DNA from: an uncultured Brachyspira sp.
GTDB lineage: Bacteria; Spirochaetota; Brachyspiria; Brachyspirales; Brachyspiraceae
NCBI GenBank assembly: GCA_949300355.1
Contig: CASGDY010000010.1
Coordinates: 1 to 46,677 of the forward strand
Length of the DNA stretch: 46,677 bases
Direction: 5' to 3'
This document shows positions 39,362-46,677 of the stretch, one piece after another. Below the pieces are notes generated by a model that had not been told where the DNA came from, searched no databases, and worked only from the letters and a program-made list of their open reading frames with translations. The position numbers and the translations under genes were made by a program. Every line of letters begins with the position of its first letter. The first letter of the stretch is position 1.

Positions 39362-42300
39362 ATGGATAAAATAATAGAACTATTTGCAAAAAACAGATTA
39401 TTAGTTAATGTTATTATTTTAATAACTTTAGCAATTGGAATATATTCTTATCTTAATATAAAAAAAGAAGCTTTCCCTTCTACTAACTTTGATGTTATGC
39501 TTGTACAAGTAATATATCCTGGAGCTTCACCTGAGGATGTTGAGCAGAATGCTATTATTCCTATAGAAGATGAACTGCAAACTATAGCAGGCATTGATGA
39601 GTTTTATTCCATAATAATAGAAAACGCCGGAATACTTACTATAAGAATAGATATGAATCTTAAAGACTCAAGACCTGTGAAAGATGAAATATTCAGACGT
39701 CTTCAAAACGCTCCTAATGTATCAAAAGATGTTTCAGAGATAAAAATTTTTGAAGCTAATGCAAACAGACTTCCTATATACAATTTAGGTATAAGATTCA
39801 AAAAAGAAATGGAAGGCAGCGAAAAAGAACTTTATGATATATCCAAAAAATTTGAAAAAGAATTAAAATATGTAGACGGAGTTGCCAATATTGAAGTATA
39901 TGGAAGAACAGACCCAGAAATTCAAATACTAGCAGATCCTAATAAATTAAATGAGTATTATACTTCATTATCAGAAATAGTACAGGCATTGTCTTTAAGA
40001 AATATACGTTCTACAAGCGGAAGCATGAAGCCTGATGAAAATGCTGATTTAGAAGAAAAGAATAAACTTCTTGTAACTACAGGACAATTTCAAGATCCAT
40101 TATCTATTACAAATGTTATTATACGTTCTATATTTAATGGGCAGCCGATAAGAATCGGAGATGTGGCAAGAGTTGAAGAATTATTTGTTGATAAAAGTGT
40201 ATACATGAGAGTTAATAGTCAGAATGGATATTCAATAAATATCATAAAAAAAGAAGATGCTGATATATTAAAAACTATAGATAATGTTAATGCATACTTT
40301 GAAAAAAATAAAGCTACTATACCAAATAATATAGAAATAGTACCTATGGCTGATAACTCAAGAACAATTAATGATTTGCTTAATGCCGTTTCTTCAAATA
40401 TTATAACAGGATTCATAATCATATTTGTAATACTTATAATATTTTTGGATTTCAAAAGTGCAATATTTACTTCGCTTGGAATGCTTATAGTTATTTCTGT
40501 TTCTCTTATTTATATGACATACTCTGGAATAACTTTTAATATAATTTCTCTAGGCGGTATTATAACAGTTTTAGGTATGATAGTTGACAACTCAATAGTA
40601 GTTTCAGAAAATATTTTTAATTATCATCAAAGAAGAATAAGAGGACTTGATGCCACAAAAAGTGCTGTAGGCGAAGTATTTATGCCTATGCTTGTTTCTA
40701 CTCTTACAACTGTTGCCTCTTTTGCCCCTATAATATTTGTTACAGGAACTATGGGAAGATTAATCAATCAATATCCTAGAGTTGTAATTGTTGCTTTAGT
40801 TGTAAGTATATTTCAGGCTGTACTTCTTTTGCCTAATAACTTAATTACTAAAGAAGAACTTACAGGTGAACATAAAAGAAAAAGATTTAATTTCAAAAAT
40901 CCTCTTGATTTTGATAAAGATAAATTATTCGATAAATTTAAAATACCTTTTGTTAAATTTCTAAGATTTACATTAAAATTTAGATATATTGTATTAATAT
41001 TTTTTGTAGTTACATTGCTCATCACTTTAGCAATAGCAAGAGTAATATTTGCAAAATTTACTTTAGTTTATGACACTAGTGCTGATGTTATAGTTGTTAA
41101 TATCGATACAGGAGTAGGAAGTTCTTTATATAAAACAGAAAAATATCTTCAGCAGGTAGAAAATATTATTTATGAAACTGTAAACACTAATGATATAATA
41201 GCAGTATACAGTTTATTAGGAAAGCAATTGGATAAAAATACTGTAGAAGTATCCGAAGAAATGGATAATCTTGCCGGTACTATGATATATTTAGTTCCTG
41301 CAAATAACAGAAAAAAAATAGCTTATGATATAGTAGATGATTTAAATCTTGCTATAGAAAAAAGCGGCATAAAAAAAGAATTGGCATTAATAACAGTAAA
41401 TACTAAACTTCCAATAAATCCCGGTAAAGCAGTAGATATAAAAATAATAGGCAATGATACTGCTATGGTTAAAGAAGTAAAAGATAAAATGAAAGAACAT
41501 CTTTTAAGTTTAAATGGAATAATAAACTATGATGATGATGATAAAATCGGACAGGAAGAATTAAGAGTAATATTTGATTATGACAGAATGGGAGAACTCG
41601 GAGTGAATGTTGCTTATGCTGCAAGAGAATTAAGAGCGGCTTATGCTGGAATAGTAGCCACTTCAATTCAGCAGTTTGAAAATAAATTGGACTTCAGAGT
41701 AAGATTAGATAAAAAATATACTTATGATACAAATGTGCTTAATAATCTTTATATACCAAATACATATAACAGACTTATACAATTAAAAGATATAGCACAT
41801 ATATATATTACAAACAATCAATCAAGCATAAGACATTATAACGGTAAAAAATCTATAACTATGACAGCGGATATTGAACAGGGAAAAAATACTGCCATAC
41901 AAGTAACATATGCGATGCAGGATTATTTTAATTCTATATCAAAAGATTATCCTAATATAAGCGTAGAGTTTGCAGGAGAGGTAAAAGAAACTAGAGGCTC
42001 TATAATAGGTATTGCTTGGGGATATGTTGTTGCTATCATTGCAATATATGTAATACTTCTTCTTCAATTTAATAAATTTGTTCAGCCTTTCATGATTTTG
42101 GGTATAATACCATTTGGAATAATAGGAGTTATACTTGGATTTGCAGCACATAGAATGCCTATGTCATTTGTTGGTGCTGTTGGTATAGTTGGGCTTGCAG
42201 GTGTAGTTGTAAATAATGGTATTATAATGGTGGACTTGATAAACAGAATACTTGAACAAGGAAACATACATACAAAAGAAGATGTACTTAATGCGGTAGT

Positions 42301-42532
42301 AGAAGGTGCAGGCGACAGATTCAGAGCAATATTTCTAACAACAGTTACTACAATATTCGGACTTCTTCCAACTGTTTATGGTATAGGAGGAAGTGCTGAT
42401 TTGATAGTACCTATGGTTATGGCTATGGCTTACGGGCTTTTATTCGCTGCCCTTTTGACATTGATACTGTTGCCTTCTCTATTCATGATATCAGCGGATT
42501 TGAAACTTATAAAAATAAATTATAAAAACTGA
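39362..42532 (+). CDS. RND-family efflux permease
   Basis: 1056 aa; YPGASPEDVE, GMIVDNSIVVSEN, GVVVNNGI, RFRAIFLT. Confidence 0.93.
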   Translation: MDKIIELFAKNRLLVNVIILITLAIGIYSYLNIKKEAFPSTNFDVMLVQVIYPGASPEDVEQNAIIPIEDELQTIAGIDEFYSIIIENAGILTIRIDMNLKDSRPVKDEIFRRLQNAPNVSKDVSEIKIFEANANRLPIYNLGIRFKKEMEGSEKELYDISKKFEKELKYVDGVANIEVYGRTDPEIQILADPNKLNEYYTSLSEIVQALSLRNIRSTSGSMKPDENADLEEKNKLLVTTGQFQDPLSITNVIIRSIFNGQPIRIGDVARVEELFVDKSVYMRVNSQNGYSINIIKKEDADILKTIDNVNAYFEKNKATIPNNIEIVPMADNSRTINDLLNAVSSNIITGFIIIFVILIIFLDFKSAIFTSLGMLIVISVSLIYMTYSGITFNIISLGGIITVLGMIVDNSIVVSENIFNYHQRRIRGLDATKSAVGEVFMPMLVSTLTTVASFAPIIFVTGTMGRLINQYPRVVIVALVVSIFQAVLLLPNNLITKEELTGEHKRKRFNFKNPLDFDKDKLFDKFKIPFVKFLRFTLKFRYIVLIFFVVTLLITLAIARVIFAKFTLVYDTSADVIVVNIDTGVGSSLYKTEKYLQQVENIIYETVNTNDIIAVYSLLGKQLDKNTVEVSEEMDNLAGTMIYLVPANNRKKIAYDIVDDLNLAIEKSGIKKELALITVNTKLPINPGKAVDIKIIGNDTAMVKEVKDKMKEHLLSLNGIINYDDDDKIGQEELRVIFDYDRMGELGVNVAYAARELRAAYAGIVATSIQQFENKLDFRVRLDKKYTYDTNVLNNLYIPNTYNRLIQLKDIAHIYITNNQSSIRHYNGKKSITMTADIEQGKNTAIQVTYAMQDYFNSISKDYPNISVEFAGEVKETRGSIIGIAWGYVVAIIAIYVILLLQFNKFVQPFMILGIIPFGIIGVILGFAAHRMPMSFVGAVGIVGLAGVVVNNGIIMVDLINRILEQGNIHTKEDVLNAVVEGAGDRFRAIFLTTVTTIFGLLPTVYGIGGSADLIVPMVMAMAYGLLFAALLTLILLPSLFMISADLKLIKINYKN

Positions 42533-42553
42533 TTGAATATTTATAGTTTTATA

Positions 42554-42802
42554 GTATATACCTAAACAACTATATTTTGTAAATTTTTATATTTTGTAAA
42601 TATAAATTATAATTTTTTTATAAAATAAAATGTTATCTAATATTGCCAAAACATATTTTATTTGTAAGATTACTTATTATTTTTTTGTGCAATAATAAGT
42701 AATCAACCGCACATATAGTGGGCGTTTGGTAATATCAATTAATGCCGTGCGGAAAGGTGCCGCAGCTCGCGGTTGACAAAATATAGTTGTTTAAGTATAT
42801 AC
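42554..42802. mobile_element. 249-bp MITE-like element with 27-bp terminal inverted repeats
   Basis: 42554-42580 and 42776-42802 are inverted repeats matching at 26/27 positions. It contains a GC-rich hairpin (TCAACCGC...GCGGTTGA) and has ends related to the 5.8-kb and 45.4-kb elements. Confidence 0.75.
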
Positions 42803-42861
42803 AATTAAAAAATGGTTTGCTCATATTAATATAAAATGTAATTAAAAATTATTAATATTAT

Positions 42862-43734
42862 TTAATACTCTAGTAAATTGCTATTAAGTATTGCACCGAG
42901 TTCATATCTGTTATTGTCGCTGCTGTAATTATATATATAAAATGTTAAATAATCATATTTATAATCAGCCATTTTTTGCCCTACATATAAAAGTCCATTA
43001 GCAGGTATGGAACTTAATATATGTACTTCTTCTAAATTTCTATATTTTACTATATCATCAAAAATTTCATCTATCTTTTTAGTAAATAAATAATAGCATC
43101 TTTTATTTACCAAACTTTTATGTGAATGCTCTTCTAATACTACTTGATGTGTTATTGTGATGATATTGCTGTATGAATAATCGAATCCTTTATTGAGTAT
43201 AAGATTTTTATCATCTTTATAAACTTCTTCTATATCATTAATATTTGATTGTCCTGATAATATTATTCCTATTGGGTGATTAATATTATCTATTCTCATA
43301 ACATTTGATTTGCTTTCTACAAAACTTTTTAATTCAGGCTCATCTATTTCTATATCTTTAAATCCCCAAGATAATGAATCTTTTGGCTTTGGAAGAAAAA
43401 CAAAATTATATCCGTATTTCTCTAATATATAAGCAATAGAAACAAGTATGCTGTTAGGAGCTATTGCATAAAGTACTATAGGATAATCTTTAGTTATATT
43501 TTTTTCTTTAAACTTTGATAATATGATATTTTTTAATTTCTTTATAACATTATCTATTTTATTTTCTTTTTCATTTTTGTATTCTTTATATTCTTTATCT
43601 AAATCTATTTCCAAATCGATAGGAGGCATTTCTCCGAAGTTCTGAGCATTTCCTCTTATAGAATGAAATATTTTCACTCTTTTAATATTATCATCTTCAG
43701 TCATATAATCAAAAATTTTATTATTATCTTTCAT
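42862..43734 (-). CDS. Stand-alone SAVED-domain protein
   Basis: Tandem CARF-like SAVED pattern: LYAIAPNSILVSIAY, K..SW.F, IGIILS...I, VHILSSIPANGLLYVG, FYIYNY....RYE...IL. No extra domain. Confidence 0.72.
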   Translation of the reverse strand: MKDNNKIFDYMTEDDNIKRVKIFHSIRGNAQNFGEMPPIDLEIDLDKEYKEYKNEKENKIDNVIKKLKNIILSKFKEKNITKDYPIVLYAIAPNSILVSIAYILEKYGYNFVFLPKPKDSLSWGFKDIEIDEPELKSFVESKSNVMRIDNINHPIGIILSGQSNINDIEEVYKDDKNLILNKGFDYSYSNIITITHQVVLEEHSHKSLVNKRCYYLFTKKIDEIFDDIVKYRNLEEVHILSSIPANGLLYVGQKMADYKYDYLTFYIYNYSSDNNRYELGAILNSNLLEY

Positions 43735-43868
43735 GCTTTACTCTCTATACATGTTTTATAAATTAATCAAAATAAACTATTTACAAATAATATAAAAAAA
43801 TATATATTATAGAAACATTTTCGTAATAATTTTAACATAAAATAGAATAAGTTGATATTGGAGATAAA

Positions 43869-44891
43869 ATGAAAATATTAGGTATAGACACTTCATGCGA
43901 TGATACTTCTGCTGCTATAGTTGAGGACGGAAAAAATGTACTTTCTTCAGTATTAAGCTCATCAATAGATGCACATAAAGAATTTCAAGGAGTAGTTCCT
44001 GAAATTGCTGCAAGAAAACATTTGGAAGCCATACTCTATGTAATAGATAAAGCATTAAAAGATGCAAATACCACTTTAGATGATATAGATTTATTTGCAG
44101 TTACCAACAGACCTGGACTTTTAGGCTCTTTGCTTGTTGGAGCTGCAAGTGCAAAATCATTGGCATTTTCTTTAAACAAGCCGTTATTAGCTTTGGATCA
44201 TATAGCTGCACATATTTACTCGCCTCATCTTACTAATGATATAGAGTTTCCTTATATAGCATTGGTTGTATCTGGAGGACATACTATAATAACCGAAGTG
44301 CATGATTACGGTGAATATAAAGTTGTAGGTACTACTCTAGATGATGCTGTGGGCGAAGCTTATGATAAAGTTTCAAAATTTTTAAATCTAGGATATCCGG
44401 GCGGCCCTATAATAGACAGATTAGCTAAAGAAGGAAACAAAGAAGCAATAAAATATCCTATTGTATTATTAAACGGCATAGATGAATTTAACTTCTCATA
44501 TAGCGGACTTAAAACCGCATGCGTTTATTCTACAAAAAAATATCTTAAAGAAGGATACGAAGCCACTAATGAAAATATAGCTGCTGCATTTCAAATAAGT
44601 GCAATAGAGCCTTTATATATCAAAACTTTGAAATATGCTGAAAAAAGCGGTATTAAAAGAGTTACATTATCCGGAGGAGTGGCATGCAATAGTTATTTAA
44701 GAGAGAGATTTGGAAACTCTAAAGACTTTGAATGTTATCTTCCTGCTTTAAAATACACGACAGACAATGCTGCTATGGTTGCAGGGCTTGCTTATCATAT
44801 GAAAGATAAACAGGATTTTGCTGATTATAATTTAGATTGTTTCTCAAGAGTTTTGAATAAAAAATATAACAAAAACAAAAGTGCAAAATAA
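43869..44891 (+). CDS. tsaD: tRNA N6-threonylcarbamoyltransferase
   Basis: LGIDTSCDDT, GVVPEIAARKH, HIAAH, VSGGHT, DDAVGEAYDK, SGLKT, TDNAAM. Confidence 0.97.
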   Translation: MKILGIDTSCDDTSAAIVEDGKNVLSSVLSSSIDAHKEFQGVVPEIAARKHLEAILYVIDKALKDANTTLDDIDLFAVTNRPGLLGSLLVGAASAKSLAFSLNKPLLALDHIAAHIYSPHLTNDIEFPYIALVVSGGHTIITEVHDYGEYKVVGTTLDDAVGEAYDKVSKFLNLGYPGGPIIDRLAKEGNKEAIKYPIVLLNGIDEFNFSYSGLKTACVYSTKKYLKEGYEATNENIAAAFQISAIEPLYIKTLKYAEKSGIKRVTLSGGVACNSYLRERFGNSKDFECYLPALKYTTDNAAMVAGLAYHMKDKQDFADYNLDCFSRVLNKKYNKNKSAK

Positions 44892-44939
44892 AATTATAAT
44901 CAACTAGAAATTTATTTACTAGCTTAGATTATAAAATAT

Positions 44940-45520
44940 ACTTGTTTCAAAACTAATTTTATTTATTAATTGTGGGGACTAGCCCTGCGAAGCACACAGA
45001 CGTGCCACACCACCACTTCTTTTGCCGACGCTCTGCGTGCCGTAGGCAAGGCACCTACTCAGTGGTGCCCCAAAGAAGCTATATCCTCAACAAACTCGGA
45101 TACGCTTCGCGAAAGGCTATATTTAAGCTTAATTTAATAAACTATATTACATGTAATACAATCTTAGTATGCTTTAGTACTAATTTTATACTTGCACTTT
45201 CGCCAAATGAGGACTCCGTCTGGTTCTTTTTGCGGCGGGAAAAAGAACAATATAAAAATTGACAAAGTTAAAAATTTTTAGTATATATCATACATTTAAT
45301 AAACATCATTAAAATATAAAGTTATAGTAATTGCGTTTCACAAAGCGTGCCTGCGGCAGGTGTCGGCAGCAACTTTGGCAAAGTCCGCAGAGCATGTGCG
45401 ACAAAAAAGTTGATAATACATTTACGAAATATAAAAATTGACAAAATATAGTTGTTTAGTTATACACTGATTATACTAATAATTATATAACTAATTTTAT
45501 AAATAAGTTTTGAAACAAGT
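44940..45520. mobile_element. Composite/nested MITE-like repeat region
   Basis: A perfect 15-bp inverted repeat ACTTGTTTCAAAACT (44940-44954/45506-45520) encloses two segments homologous to the 5446-5843 element (about 44970-45288 and 45332-45467). Confidence 0.72.
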
Positions 45521-45545
45521 CTAATAATTAAAATTTATGCAATAA

Positions 45546-45590
45546 AAAAGAATGATAACTAATTACTATATAATCAATTATCATTCTTTT
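45546..45590 (-). terminator. Intrinsic terminator after purB
   Basis: AAAAGAATGATAA...TTATCATTCTTTT stem just past the purB stop. Confidence 0.65.
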
Positions 45591-45607
45591 ATTTTATTTA
45601 ATAAAAA

Positions 45608-46677
45608 TTATATTCCGAATCTTTTCATTATAACATCAATATTTCTTAGATAGTATGCATAGTCAAAACAGTCGTCAATTTCCTGAGAGCTTAAATATTT
45701 TGTAATATCCTCATCTTTGTGAACATTCTCTCTAAAGTCTTCGTTATTGAGCCATCTTTTCATTGCATTTCTTTGTACCCATCTGTAAGCATTATCTCTG
45801 TCAATGCCTTTATTAACTAAACTTATCAAAATTCTTTGGCTGAAAATTAAACCGCCAGTCTTTTCAATATTAGCCTTCATAGCTTCAGGATAAATTAAAA
45901 GCTTATCTACTATATCAATGAATTTGTTAATAGCATAATCAACAGCAATAGTAGAGTCCGGAAGTATAACTCTTTCTACTGATGAATGGCTTATATCTCT
46001 CTCATGCCAAAGTGTAATGTCTTCCATAGAAGCTAAAGCATTACCTCTTACGATTCTTGCTAAACCTGATATTCTTTCGCAAGTGATAGGGTTTCTTTTA
46101 TGAGGCATAGCAGATGAACCTTTTTGTTTTTCACTGAAATATTCTTCTGCTTCTCTTATATCTGTTCTTTGAAGGTTTCTAATCTCTGTAGCGAATTTCT
46201 CTAATGAACTAGCAACTATTGCTAAAGTAGTAAGATACTGTGCATGTCTGTCTCTTTGTATTATTTGAGTAGAAACCTTATCAGCTTCTATACCTAATTT
46301 TTTGCAAACTATTTCTTCTATTCTAGGATCAATATTACTGTAAGTACCAACGGCACCAGAAAGCTTACCAACAGAAACCTGTTTTTTTGCTTCCTCTACC
46401 CTTTTTATATTTCTTTCATTTTCATCATACCATAAAATAAATTTTAACCCTAATGTAATAGGTTCAGCATGTATACCATGAGTACGTCCTATACAAGGAG
46501 TATATTTATGTTCTTTAGCTCTTCTTAATAATACTTCTGATAATCTTTTTAAATCATCTAATATAATTTCAGCAGATTTTTTCATCATAACAGCTAATGC
46601 AGTATCTTTTACATCGCTTGAAGTTAAGCCTTTATGTATATATTGTCCGCCCTCGCCTACATTTTCCTGAACAGCTG
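45608..46677 (-). CDS. purB: Adenylosuccinate lyase (5' part outside the window)
   Basis: GRTHGIHAEP, GSSAMPHKRNP, LWHERDISHSS. The frame continues upstream through HKGLTSSD to the window edge. Confidence 0.96.
   Translation of the reverse strand, partial: AVQENVGEGGQYIHKGLTSSDVKDTALAVMMKKSAEIILDDLKRLSEVLLRRAKEHKYTPCIGRTHGIHAEPITLGLKFILWYDENERNIKRVEEAKKQVSVGKLSGAVGTYSNIDPRIEEIVCKKLGIEADKVSTQIIQRDRHAQYLTTLAIVASSLEKFATEIRNLQRTDIREAEEYFSEKQKGSSAMPHKRNPITCERISGLARIVRGNALASMEDITLWHERDISHSSVERVILPDSTIAVDYAINKFIDIVDKLLIYPEAMKANIEKTGGLIFSQRILISLVNKGIDRDNAYRWVQRNAMKRWLNNEDFRENVHKDEDITKYLSSQEIDDCFDYAYYLRNIDVIMKRFGI

Noticed and set aside
836-42267. Numerous 60-133-aa ORFs antisense to or nested within long genes (e.g. 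836-1069, 9371-9700, 14288-14683, 21453-21854, 40219-40455)
   Set aside because: They are shadow ORFs of well-supported genes, with no recognisable motifs.

Overview
Very AT-rich chromosomal segment, most consistent with a Brachyspira-like spirochaete (inferred from gene content and protein style, not proven). The backbone is housekeeping: dxr, nadE, type III glnA, gpsA, tsaD and partial purB. It also carries a full chemotaxis operon (soluble MCP-like protein, STAS, cheYAWRDB), a NikABCDE/Cnt-type metal importer followed by a MATE and a deacylase, a TolC-RND pair, two tandem secreted ankyrin genes and several regulators (Crp, cNMP-TPR, WYL, TetR, PadR). Four things stand out. (1) At 28235-28606 is an orphan CRISPR-like array with no cas gene in the window. 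It has three 55-nt structured repeats, one 122-nt split repeat and 28-29-nt unique spacers, framed by its own promoter, a boxA-like site and a terminator. (2) A CdnE-like CD-NTase homologue that lacks its catalytic aspartates ends the chemotaxis operon (19403-20218). (3) A stand-alone SAVED-domain protein with no effector domain lies at 42862-43734. (4) A family of modular, MITE-like intergenic elements occurs at 5.4-5.8, 42.6-42.8 and 44.9-45.5 kb. The window also holds the 3' end of a probable IS481/IS3-type transposase at its start and a nonsense codon in the membrane gene after padR. All protein calls are by-eye motif recognition; no searches were run.
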